This document shows, piece after piece, positions 18,135 to 28,881 of a DNA stretch of 64,000 bases (positions are counted from its first letter, which is position 1; the number at the start of each line of letters is the position of its first letter). The stretch is from assembly GCF_056746865.1 (NCBI RefSeq), contig NZ_CM163382.1; one strand, given 5' to 3'. The notes below the pieces were generated by a model. That model was not told the origin of the DNA, did not search any database, and saw only the letters and a program-made list of their open reading frames with translations. The translations under genes and the position numbers were made by a program.

Positions 18135-18941
18135 TTATCGGCGTATATGATGCACTTTCTCCATAAACTGACTGACTCGCGCCTGGTCAACGAAATTGGC
18201 AAAAACGCCGTCCTTTTTAAAGGTGGTTGCGGTCACACAGCCATCGGCGATACTGAGTTGTTCCTCCACGTTTTCCAGGCAGACGCCCGTGTTGGCCAAC
18301 ACGACGGTGTCAGGCACCGTTTCTTTGACCCGTTTTAACAGCGCGCTGTCGGTACGCGTCCCGGCGGTCAGGCCAGAAACACAGAGCGCATCAGGATGGT
18401 TGTTAAATACTGTCGATTTAGCAATAGAACAGATATCGCGATTGCCCAGATACACGGCGGCCTCTGGGACGATATTGAACAAGGTTTTCACTTCGCCTGC
18501 ACCAATCCGGTGTTGATGACGGATGGTCTCACCGACGTTAGTGTCCCAGACGCCAAAGTCGCTGGCATAGGCACCGGTAAATATCTCGCGGATAAACTTA
18601 GCGCCGGTAGCCATCGCCAGGTCGAATGAGGCGACCGGATCCCACAGAACATTCACGCCAAACGGGATGCGGATATCGCTCATTAATTGCCCGATGATTC
18701 GTGCCATTGCCGCAGTGGTTTCCGGACGCACCTTCGTGAGATAGGGAAGACTAAACTCGTTGGAGAACATGACTGCATCCACCCCACCATTTTGGAGCGC
18801 CATCAGATCGTCCCAGGCTTTGTCGATAACCCAGTTCATCCCCAACTGCGCATCAAAACTCGGGTCGCCGGGCAATGCACGTAGATGGCACATGGCGATG
18901 ACCGCTTTTTCCGTCCCAATAACCTCTTTCAGCCAACTCAT
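18135..18941 (-). CDS. sgcQ: BtpA/SgcQ-family TIM-barrel protein
   Basis: 268 aa; BtpA/SgcQ family; embedded in the PTS cluster. Confidence 0.8.
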   Translation of the reverse strand: MSWLKEVIGTEKAVIAMCHLRALPGDPSFDAQLGMNWVIDKAWDDLMALQNGGVDAVMFSNEFSLPYLTKVRPETTAAMARIIGQLMSDIRIPFGVNVLWDPVASFDLAMATGAKFIREIFTGAYASDFGVWDTNVGETIRHQHRIGAGEVKTLFNIVPEAAVYLGNRDICSIAKSTVFNNHPDALCVSGLTAGTRTDSALLKRVKETVPDTVVLANTGVCLENVEEQLSIADGCVTATTFKKDGVFANFVDQARVSQFMEKVHHIRR

Positions 18942-18953
18942 TGAAAGTACTCC

Positions 18954-20267
18954 TTATTCCGATAATTCACGTTTACGTAAGAACAGCACGACGCTGGCGA
19001 CAATACCGACCGCCACGACAACGCCAATAATCCCAAGCGACATCAATTCAGAAATCGACCAACCGAACATATTGCCCACGGACAACGCTGAGATTTGCGC
19101 ACTTTCACCGGCAAAACTGAAACCGCCTTTGAGCGCCATTTCAGTGAAGTAAGGCGCGAACTGGGTGGCGATCAGCAGGACGGTAATCATCACGATGACC
19201 CCGCTTATCAACGTCCTGACCAGGTCTCCGCGGTGGATAACCGTAGCCATACAGATAAAGAACGGTGCTACCGGCAGGTCTGCGAGGGGTAACACTTTGT
19301 TGCCCGGTAAAATGCTGGCCAGAATTAACATAATGGGTATCAGTAGCAGACCGACAGCAATGGTGGTTGGATGCCCCAGCGTCACAGCAGTATCCAGACC
19401 GATATACACTTCACGTCCTTTGAAATATTTCTGGAAGAACTTTCTTGCACCGTCGGAGATGGGCAGCAGGCCCTCAACAATCAGGCGGATCATGCGCGGG
19501 AACAACACCATGATTGCCGCAACGGTAATCATCAGACTGGCGCAACCTTTAAAGCCTTCACCAGCCGCCAGGCCAAAAATCAGACCGAGCACTACGCCGA
19601 TAATCACCGGATCGCCGACCATGCCGTAGCGTTTCTGGATCTCCTGAGCATCGATATTGCGTCCCTTCATGAAAGGGATTTTTTCATAGATAGCATCAAG
19701 TAGAACGAAAAGCGGTACTGAACTGGAACCGTAGCCTTGCGGTATCGAAATACCTTCCAGCCCGACGATGTTCTGTACCCGTTTTGCCGTCCAGTCGGCC
19801 ATTTTTAACGATAGCGCCGCATGGCAGATTGCCCCCAGCACACCATAAATCAGGCTACCGGTCATAAGCTGGACCACCGTACCCGTAATGGCGTAGTGCC
19901 AGTAATTGTAAATATCGACGTTCATCGTTTTGGTCAGACGGGTGACCAGCATGGCGACATTGAGAAGAAAAATAACTGGGATAATCATGGCGCCAATGGC
20001 TGTCGCATAACCAACGCCGGAGGCAGGGCCTGCGCCAACGTCAAAGACATGCAGGGCTAGGCCGAAACGCTCAATCATCACTTTGATAGGGGGACTGAGG
20101 CTGTCGATCGCCATGACGATCACCAGTCCCATACCGACAAAACCAATCCCAACCGTTACCCCTGCCTTAATCGCCTGCAGCCAGGGGATGCGGAAGATAA
20201 GGCCAATCACGATCATGATGATAGGGACGAAAACGGTACCGCCGAGAGACAGGATGTAATCAAACAT
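18954..20267 (-). CDS. sgcC: PTS EIIC component (galactitol-type permease)
   Basis: 437 aa polytopic membrane protein of the PTS-IIC galactitol family. Confidence 0.85.
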   Translation of the reverse strand: MFDYILSLGGTVFVPIIMIVIGLIFRIPWLQAIKAGVTVGIGFVGMGLVIVMAIDSLSPPIKVMIERFGLALHVFDVGAGPASGVGYATAIGAMIIPVIFLLNVAMLVTRLTKTMNVDIYNYWHYAITGTVVQLMTGSLIYGVLGAICHAALSLKMADWTAKRVQNIVGLEGISIPQGYGSSSVPLFVLLDAIYEKIPFMKGRNIDAQEIQKRYGMVGDPVIIGVVLGLIFGLAAGEGFKGCASLMITVAAIMVLFPRMIRLIVEGLLPISDGARKFFQKYFKGREVYIGLDTAVTLGHPTTIAVGLLLIPIMLILASILPGNKVLPLADLPVAPFFICMATVIHRGDLVRTLISGVIVMITVLLIATQFAPYFTEMALKGGFSFAGESAQISALSVGNMFGWSISELMSLGIIGVVVAVGIVASVVLFLRKRELSE

Positions 20268-20278
20268 AATGCCTCCTT

Positions 20279-20557
20279 TTATTGAGTTAACAGAGCCTTG
20301 ATTTGTTGTTTTAACGCGTCGTCGTTGATCCCTGTGAGCAGGGCGGCGCCATTAAGCGTAGGGATGCCGTAATCACTGTTGGTTCGCATGGAGGTTACAA
20401 TAAGGTCCATACCGTTACAGTTAAGAGGGATCTCATTCAGACAGCATTGGGCGGTAGTGGCTGAAATGCCCTGTTCAGTCAGGAACTCTTGCAGCTTGTG
20501 TGCAATCATGGTTGAAGTCGACATGCCGGTACCGCATGCCACAAGGATCTTTTTCAT
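20279..20557 (-). CDS. sgcB: PTS EIIB component
   Basis: 92 aa; active-site Cys near the N-terminus (VACGTGMSTS). Confidence 0.85.
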   Translation of the reverse strand: MKKILVACGTGMSTSTMIAHKLQEFLTEQGISATTAQCCLNEIPLNCNGMDLIVTSMRTNSDYGIPTLNGAALLTGINDDALKQQIKALLTQ

Positions 20558-21675
20558 AATGGATGTGCCTCTTGTGTAGTGCCTGAATCAGGCTCAACGG
20601 GGAAATGTGCTGCTGACATACCTGCCAGAGCGGTCAATAGGCGGATGCAATCAGTCAAATCACGCAGGCTGGCAACCTCCGCCGGAGAATGGGTATAGCG
20701 ACAAGGAATAGAGAGACTGGCGCAGGGAATACCATCCTGCTCAACCTGGATATAACCGGTTTCTGTTATCACGCCGGGAGCCACTTCTCGCTGCACCGGA
20801 ATGTTGTGTTCAAGAGCCGTCTGTTCCAACATCCGTATCAGGCGAGGAGGCGTGATTAATCCGGCCAGCGTTCCCCGACCATGGTAGTTCAGGCAGGTGA
20901 TCCCAACGCCCTGATTAATCCTGACCTCGGAATAATCGTGTAAATCAGGGGTGTCACACGATGGAGTGATATCAATACCAATCGCCAGGTCAGGTTTTAC
21001 ACGGCGTAATACGGGAACAATGCCGCGGATATTAAATTCTTCCTGTACCGAAGCCACCAGATAAACGGCGATATCAAGCTCCATAGTACTGATAGCATCC
21101 GCTACACCGAGCAGGGCAGTACAGCCTAGACGATCGTCTAGTGCTTTACTGCACACCAGATCGTTTGCCAGGAGTTGCGGCGGGTTATACAGAGTGACAG
21201 GCGTACCGACCTGAATGCCCATCCGTATAGCGTCGTCTTTGTCTTTGGCACCAATATCAATCCACAGTTTGTCGACAGAAGGTGACTGCGTGCGCTCGTC
21301 GCCTTTGGCAAAGTGGTAGGACTTAATGCCGATACACCCCATGACTGGCCCTTTGTCCCCGGTGAGGGTGACGATGGAACCAGCCATAGTGACCTGCGCA
21401 GGACCGCCTACGCGTTCAAAGCGTAAAAATCCAGACGGCTCTATTTTGCGCACCATAAAACCGACTTCATCCATATGCGCAAAAATCATCAGTCGCAGCG
21501 CATCGGGTTTATCACTACCGTAGCGCGCGACGACATTCCCAAGCCTGTCTCGCCAGACCTCTTTTGCCTGACGCCTGAATTCGCACAGCATGACGTCAGC
21601 GACAGCGTTTTCGTGTCCTGAAATCGCATTGTGCTGCAAAAGCGAGAACAGGGTTTCCTGCACAGAAAATGACAT
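20554..21675 (-). CDS. sgcX: M42-family aminopeptidase / endoglucanase-like protein
   Basis: 373 aa from ATG at 21675 (MSFSVQETLF..); M42 peptidase family; 4-nt overlap with the sgcB start. Confidence 0.85.
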   Translation of the reverse strand: MSFSVQETLFSLLQHNAISGHENAVADVMLCEFRRQAKEVWRDRLGNVVARYGSDKPDALRLMIFAHMDEVGFMVRKIEPSGFLRFERVGGPAQVTMAGSIVTLTGDKGPVMGCIGIKSYHFAKGDERTQSPSVDKLWIDIGAKDKDDAIRMGIQVGTPVTLYNPPQLLANDLVCSKALDDRLGCTALLGVADAISTMELDIAVYLVASVQEEFNIRGIVPVLRRVKPDLAIGIDITPSCDTPDLHDYSEVRINQGVGITCLNYHGRGTLAGLITPPRLIRMLEQTALEHNIPVQREVAPGVITETGYIQVEQDGIPCASLSIPCRYTHSPAEVASLRDLTDCIRLLTALAGMSAAHFPVEPDSGTTQEAHPL

Positions 21676-21898
21676 AGCTATCTCCGTAGACCGTAAAACA
21701 ATCACTCGTTGAGCGTTTTATAGGCGCAGACTGGTCGAATAATTGTGAGAACGTTCACGTGAAAACGCGCAAAGCTGAACAAATAAAAAATTATGTGAGC
21801 CGAGTGGAATAAAAGCGCTCAACGTTTGTGAAAGTTACGGGCTGGAGAGACCAGTGATTATGGTTGAAATAATGAGGATGAATAAAACGCGGTAACTG

Positions 21899-22036
21899 TT
21901 ATAGCACCACTTTGTTGCAGGACGCTCCCTCTTCATTACGTCCTGCACGTGGATACCCCAGCATCTCCATCAGCGGATCTTAGAATGTAATGGCGCGTGG
22001 CAGGTCGTTGGTTCCCAGCATAATGTAAGAAAACAT
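21899..22036 (-). pseudogene. VOC/glyoxalase-like gene remnant with premature TAA
   Basis: ATG (rc) at 22036 gives MFSYIMLGTNDLPRAITF then TAA (plus-strand TTA 21980-21982) where a Tyr codon is expected (..ITF-Y-DPLMEMLGYP..); the frame ends after about 26 more codons, far short of a VOC domain. Confidence 0.35.
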
Positions 22037-22073
22037 CGGATCTCCTGAATAGATTCAGAGGGAGTATAGATAA

Positions 22074-22334
22074 TCAGCTCAAATCACTCTCCGCTTTATG
22101 AGCCCAGGCTGGCATTGCCGTCAGATAACGTTTTGCACGCTTATGTGCTTCCTCCGGGCCGACTTTTTGCCAGGAATCAAGGAAGCTGGCTAAACCTGAT
22201 ACCGCTTCTTCCCAGGGTTTGAGATTGCCGTTGCTGTCGCTGCATTACGCACAATATTGATCACTGGCACTGTGTGCATCTGGTGCCGACATCGGCATTC
22301 CGCAAGCCTGACAGAACTGTTCATGTTGTGACAT
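22074..22334 (-). pseudogene. zinc-ribbon protein gene (yjhY-like) inactivated by an in-frame TAA
   Basis: ATG (rc) at 22334: MSQHEQFCQACGMPMSAPDAHSASDQYCA then TAA (plus-strand TTA 22245-22247), then CSDSNGNLKPWEE.. in the same frame to TGA at 22074; the stop sits where the second CxxC would read C-A-Y-C. Gene name is from memory only. Confidence 0.5.
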
Positions 22335-22460
22335 ATGATGCTCCTTATGGTGACATCTTGATTAATAAACATACTGAATATGTATTGTGCAGGTGATACA
22401 TCAGATCAAAGCAAAGGTAAAGCCTCGATATTTCCAGCCAGAAATACCGGGAACCTGTTG

Positions 22461-23207
22461 TTACCGGGCGATGAGTGCGAACACGCCCCAGCCAAAGCAT
22501 TCCCGCGCGTAGGTCACGTAGCGTTTCGGCGCGATGTTTAGTTCGGCCCTGACTTCGGCGGCGAAGTCATCGTCAGGATTCGCTTCCAGCCAGCGGCGCA
22601 TGGTCAGCCATTTTGCGGCTTCATACCGGTCCCAGCCTTCCTGGTCTGCCAGTACCATTTCCACCACGTCATAGCCGAGATCGTCGAACGCTCCGACAAG
22701 TCCTGGCAGCGTCAGGAAATCGCTTGTCGAGCTGACGCCGCAGGCCTGGGCTATTTCTTCTGTTGCTGGTAGCTGACGCCAGTAGGGTTCGCCGATAAGC
22801 ATGATCCCGCCCGGTTTCAGGCTTTGCGCTAGCAGCTCCTCCGCCCCGGCAAACCCACCGGCAATCCATGTCGCGCCGACGCAGGCCGCCACGTCACATT
22901 TTTCATTTGCGACGTAACCGGCCGCATCGTTATGAATAAAATGTACGCGTTCGCTGACGCCGAGTTCTTCCGCGCGACGCTTTGCCTGCGCGGTGAAGAG
23001 CGAACTCATGTCGATGCCAGTCCCCGTAATGCCATGATCCCTGGCCCAGGTGCAGAGCATCTCGCCCGAGCCGCTGCCGAGGTCAAGAATGCGGGTGCCC
23101 GGCTTCATGCGCAGCACGCGACCCAGCGTGGCGTACTTCTCTTCGGTGAACGGGTTATGGATGCGGTGTTCACTTTCGCTGATGGTAAAAATACGTGGGA
23201 TATCCAT
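22461..23207 (-). CDS. yjhP: class I SAM-dependent methyltransferase
   Basis: 248 aa; motif I RILDLGSGSGEM. Confidence 0.85.
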   Translation of the reverse strand: MDIPRIFTISESEHRIHNPFTEEKYATLGRVLRMKPGTRILDLGSGSGEMLCTWARDHGITGTGIDMSSLFTAQAKRRAEELGVSERVHFIHNDAAGYVANEKCDVAACVGATWIAGGFAGAEELLAQSLKPGGIMLIGEPYWRQLPATEEIAQACGVSSTSDFLTLPGLVGAFDDLGYDVVEMVLADQEGWDRYEAAKWLTMRRWLEANPDDDFAAEVRAELNIAPKRYVTYARECFGWGVFALIAR

Positions 23208-23262
23208 TATTTAATTCCTGTTATTGGGTTAAGCCTTAAAAAGGACACAACAAGATTGTTAT

Positions 23263-23808
23263 TCACGTCAGTGCTCCGGTTTCATCAGGGTCTGCGCACC
23301 GGATGTGGCCGGTCAGGGTCATGGGCTGAGCGGTGAGTGATTGCATCATCCAGCAGGCTTTGTGCTCCTCCGGGATGGGATAAGGTGCCGGATAGCCTTT
23401 GTCTCCGGCACAGGGTTCGAACCCATGTCGGGGGTAATAGGTGGCGTGGCCGAGAACAAAAACCGTCTGGCAGCCCATCAACCTCAGGTGCTCGATGCCA
23501 GTGCGTATCAACCGTCCTCCCACGCCCATCCCTTGGTATTCCGGTATGACCGCCAGGGGAGCGAGGATGTGCATCAACGGTGAATCCATTTCTCCTTTGA
23601 AGGTTGCCCGGGTAAATAAAATATGCCCGACGGCTTTGCCTTCATACCGGGCTAGCAGCGATAACGCGGGGCGCGCGCTTTCATCCTCAAGTAAAGAGGC
23701 CACTAAATCGGCTTCTTTGCTGAAGCCAAATGCGCGGGTTTCGACTTCCCGGATATCACTGGCATCACTTTTATCTGTGATATGAAAAGTGAAGTGGTGT
23801 ACTGTCAT
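23263..23808 (-). CDS. yjhQ: GNAT-family N-acetyltransferase (TopAI antitoxin YjhQ)
   Basis: 181 aa; GNAT fold; directly downstream of topAI on the same strand. Confidence 0.85.
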   Translation of the reverse strand: MTVHHFTFHITDKSDASDIREVETRAFGFSKEADLVASLLEDESARPALSLLARYEGKAVGHILFTRATFKGEMDSPLMHILAPLAVIPEYQGMGVGGRLIRTGIEHLRLMGCQTVFVLGHATYYPRHGFEPCAGDKGYPAPYPIPEEHKACWMMQSLTAQPMTLTGHIRCADPDETGALT

Positions 23809-23819
23809 AGAAACTCTCC

Positions 23820-24077
23820 TTAGCGATTATCGAGCTGAGCGCGAACTTTATTCAGCTCGGTGGTGTTGATTCGATAGGGCTGGCCATTGACGGACTTGAT
23901 AAGTTTTTTGGTTTTGAGTTTTTTGAAGACGGCGAGCGTGCAGTCGGTCAGCAACAGCCCTTCGCGGCTGTAGCATTCAACGGAAGTGACGCGGCCTGAA
24001 GAATCGCGGACGTGCGCAATACGTCTACCTTTAGCGAGAACGTGTAAGGTATGTTGTTCCTGACGGGATAAATTCAT
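23820..24077 (-). CDS. topAI: topoisomerase I inhibitor toxin TopAI (YjhX)
   Basis: 85 aa ([22 protein letters not shown]..); size and sequence as YjhX; upstream of yjhQ. Confidence 0.8.
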   Translation of the reverse strand: MNLSRQEQHTLHVLAKGRRIAHVRDSSGRVTSVECYSREGLLLTDCTLAVFKKLKTKKLIKSVNGQPYRINTTELNKVRAQLDNR

Positions 24078-24453
24078 ACTGAAGAACCTATTTAATCATC
24101 ATGTGCAAAACGTGCAAACACACCGCGGTGTCCGCATTCGATTTCGGCGCATTGATAATCAGTCCGGCCTGAAAAGGTCGGGGAACTGATTATCGGATGA
24201 TTACATTCTCCAGCATCAAAGCCTCGGGTTGAGTTGAAAGGTATTTACGGAGCGAATATTAACACGTAGTTATAGGAGGGATATGTTTCAGTAGAAAAAG
24301 TGTGATGTACTTTGGAAATTGAATGCCAACCCATTTACTGGAAAAGGCAGATGACACTGACGAATGCATGTTGAAGTACGCCTGAAATGGCCTCATCGGC
24401 TTTTCCCTTCGGGAGATTATTCTCCTTTTGTTAAATCCAGAACATAAATATGC

Positions 24454-24699
24454 TCACCCATCTTCGATGCTTGAAAAATTGAAGCCAATCCTGATAAGTA
24501 ATTTTTTTGAAAGGGTATTTTCCGGATTCACACCGGCTTTGATGAGTGAAAAACCGTTCTCTTTTATTCAGTCAATCGTGGCGGTAATTGCTTCAATTGC
24601 ATATCCCTGGCGAGCATAAGCGGGACTGATGGTATAGCCGAGCCAAAACACATCGCATTGCTGACGTAAATAGATATCACCAATCAAAACCTGCGTCAT
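24454..24699 (-). pseudogene. GNAT acetyltransferase remnant, frameshifted
   Basis: Minus-strand reading gives MTQVLIGDIYLRQQCDVFWLGYTISPAYARQGYAIEAITATID-stop (24568-24699), and in another frame ..ENGFSLIKAGVNPENTLSKKLLIRIGFNFSSIEDG-stop (about 24454-24567), i.e. GNAT motif A and the C-terminal motif separated by a frameshift/stop. Confidence 0.45.
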
Positions 24700-24862
24700 T
24701 TGTTGACAATGGCCAATTGAATATCGCGAGCAAGTGTAAGAACTCCCAGCAAGACCCTGTAAATAATTCTGTGTAACTGCCCACGATTAAAGGTGGCCGC
24801 TCAGGCGGCCACCGTATTCGATAATAAATGGGTCTGGAAAAAGTGCAGCATCTGGCAGCGTA

Positions 24863-26055
24863 ATGCAGGTAGCCCAGTTCAACTCTCACTACCAGTATGA
24901 TCCCAAGTTCGAGCGCGGAATGTATCTGTATGAGCATCGTCGCTGTTTCAATAACATCATCGACTACTGTAACTCACTTTGCTATCACGGTAAGTTGCAG
25001 CCTAAAAGAGGGATGGAAAAAGGACGATTTTCCCCGCAATGGGATATTTACATATTGATGGTAGAGGCATGAAGCCAAATGGAGGGAGCCGTCATAACCC
25101 TCTTGAAGCTGAAACAATAGCAGCATGGCTGGTGGCACATAAGGATGATATAGAGCGCCATTACGGGGAACCACTGTACAAAGTTGTTGGTGTTGTGACG
25201 CCATTTTCGGCGCAGGTTAATGCTATCAAAATGTCATTGCGTAAGCTGGAAATTAATGGCAAAGACGAGCAGGGTTTACTGACAGTGGGGACTGTGCACT
25301 CCTTGCAGGGGGCGGAAAGGGCGATTGTTCTCTTTTCTCCTGTCTACTCAAAACATGAAGATGGCAGGTTTCTTGATAGCAACAGCACTATCCTCAATGT
25401 TGCTGTCTCACGCGCTAAAGATAGTTTTCTGGTATTTGGCGATATGGACCTTATCGAGATGCAGCCCGCATTTTCGCCGCGAGGGTTATTGGCAAAATAT
25501 CTCTTTTCTTCAGATAATAATGCGTTGCAATTTGAGTTTCAGAAACGACAGGATTTAATTTCCGCACATACACAAATTTCAACGCTGCATGGTGTGGAGC
25601 AGCATGATGAATTTTTGAACAAGACTCTTGCCGGAGCTCAAAAGAAAATAACGATTATTTCCCCTTGGTTATCCTGGCAAAAAGTGGAGCAAACGGGATT
25701 TCTGGCATCAATGGCTTTGGCCCGTTCCCGGGGCATTGATATTACCGTGGTGACGGATAAAAACTGCAATATAGCGCATGTCGATGATGATAAGCGTCAG
25801 GAGAAACAACATCTGCTGAATGATGCTGTTGAAAAGCTCAATAAGATGGGTATCGCTACGAAATTGGTTAATCGTGTTCACAGCAAAATTGTGATTGAGG
25901 ATGAAGAACTGCTGTGTGTCGGATCTTTTAACTGGTTCAGTGCTACACGGGAAGATAAGTATCAACGATACGATACGTCTTTGGTGTACCGTGGTGAAGG
26001 CGTAAAAAATGAAATAAAGGCAATATATGGTAGTCTGGATCAACGTCAGCTTTAA
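24863..26055 (+). pseudogene. yjhR: truncated superfamily-1 helicase / PLD-family nuclease gene (yjhR); a 338-aa ORF 25039..26055 remains
   Basis: ORF 25039-26055 carries helicase C-terminal motifs ([23 protein letters not shown]) and a C-terminal HKD motif ([19 protein letters not shown]); upstream 24863-25072 encodes more of the same protein in a different frame; no N-terminal ATPase domain is present. Confidence 0.7.
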
Positions 26056-26173
26056 ATGTGATGAGCCGTTCATGATACAGGAGTAGTAAAGGGCATATTT
26101 TACCAATGTTAAGGCGACTTTCCGTTTTATTGCGAGTCGCCTTTCCTGATTATAAATCTTATTGTTTACCTAA

Positions 26174-27368
<1,195 letters not shown>

Positions 27369-27836
27369 CTAATCATTTTCCTTTGCATAATGCGCCTGGG
27401 ATTAATGGCGGGTGCTTTTAGGAATGAAAGAAAATGCAAGCAATAATATAATAATGGCCTAATTTCTTTGAACATCATTAAGCATATCATCATCGTCTAT
27501 TTGCCAGAATCCGTCGACTTATAATCGCCAGAACGGCATATCAGGACGGTGCTGCGAACGCTGTGGCCCAAAACGTTCCAGTAAACTGTGTAGATGTTCG
27601 TAGATTTCCGAGCCATAATCGAAAAGGCGCGGATGTCTATTAAGGCATCCGGCTAATCTGTAAGCAATAACAACGGTTTATGCGGTGCGCGTTTTTCACC
27701 CTTGTGCCAGATTATTATATTGGCAATTGCCTGCTGTTCGAGCCCGCAAGTGAAGAGATATTACCTTGATCTCATTTGTTTTTTGTTGTCTACTCTGAGA
27801 ACGAACAAGGACATCCCCCATGAATAAACTCCCCGC

Positions 27837-28817
27837 TCACCTTTCGCGCCAAAACTGCAAAATTGCTTCTACAAATCTGTCAGAAATAATCCCCCGACGG
27901 GCTGCAGTGCTGAAATGACTGCTTCGCAGTGCCGTCGTCCAGTTCTCCGGTGACCGGTACGCTGAACCGTAATATCCCGTGCTTAAATCGTCCGGGTCTT
28001 CATCAGGCGCGTTCGTCAGTCCTCTTTCACCTTGTTGCTGGAAGTCGACGAAAATAATATTGGCTAAAACATTATTTTGATAATTGCCATAAATAGCTTC
28101 ATACGAATGCGGGAAATTTTCTTTCCAGTACCAGGTGGTATCGCCGCAAAACCACGGCGCGTCAGTAATATTATTAAGCTGAGAATGGTATTGTTTTAGA
28201 TCCCTACGAAAGGCTTCAACCATATGATTAAAGTGTTGAGGGTGTGACGCGTAGTCACTGGTCATTAAGTCAAATTCGCCTTGCATCCAGCATGCGCCGA
28301 GGAATTTGTTCTGCGGATTTTTTGCCAGTGCGGCTCGCGTTCTGCTGACTAAATCCTGGTACAGCGGAGTATCCGTTCCCCAACGACAAGCATCATGGCT
28401 GGCTCCGTGCCGTTCTGAATATGTCCCTTCGCTGCCCGCGGTAAAAGCCGATCCGCCACGGCAACACGGAACGATAAGAATCCCTGCATTATCAGGAATG
28501 AAGGGCAGTAATTTCCGTGCAATATGCAGTGCCTGGCCAACGGTGCCGTACTGTGTTTGATGATTCGTTGCCAGAGGATGGTGATAACCCTGCATATCCT
28601 GAACATCGTGTGGGCAGTGAGTCAGTGGAATAATGTCGTTAAAGTGACATGGCGGGCCTCCGGGATGCGTATGCGCAAATCTCGCTAATTGTTTAATTCT
28701 GGGATGAGGCGCATCTTCCCTGTCCGGTAATGGCAGTCCTTCGCCATACGCCATGGCATTAGACTGACCAGCAACGGTAAGAACATAGTAATAATCGGGC
28801 GATATTATTGCGTTCAT
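27837..28817 (-). CDS. nanS: sialate (9-O-acetyl-N-acetylneuraminate) esterase
   Basis: 326 aa from ATG at 28817 (MNAIISPDYYYVL..); SGNH/sialate O-acetylesterase-like. Confidence 0.85.
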   Translation of the reverse strand: MNAIISPDYYYVLTVAGQSNAMAYGEGLPLPDREDAPHPRIKQLARFAHTHPGGPPCHFNDIIPLTHCPHDVQDMQGYHHPLATNHQTQYGTVGQALHIARKLLPFIPDNAGILIVPCCRGGSAFTAGSEGTYSERHGASHDACRWGTDTPLYQDLVSRTRAALAKNPQNKFLGACWMQGEFDLMTSDYASHPQHFNHMVEAFRRDLKQYHSQLNNITDAPWFCGDTTWYWKENFPHSYEAIYGNYQNNVLANIIFVDFQQQGERGLTNAPDEDPDDLSTGYYGSAYRSPENWTTALRSSHFSTAARRGIISDRFVEAILQFWRER

Positions 28818-28881
28818 ATAAATTTCGCGTAATTGAAATGACAAATTGATAGCAGGGCCCCTTTACCGGGGCCCTGAAGCG

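Noticed and set aside
24792-24813. GC-rich hairpin GGTGGCCGC-TCAG-GCGGCCACC upstream of the yjhR fragment, considered as a terminator
   Set aside because: No U-tract on either strand and it lies inside pseudogene debris; kept only as context.
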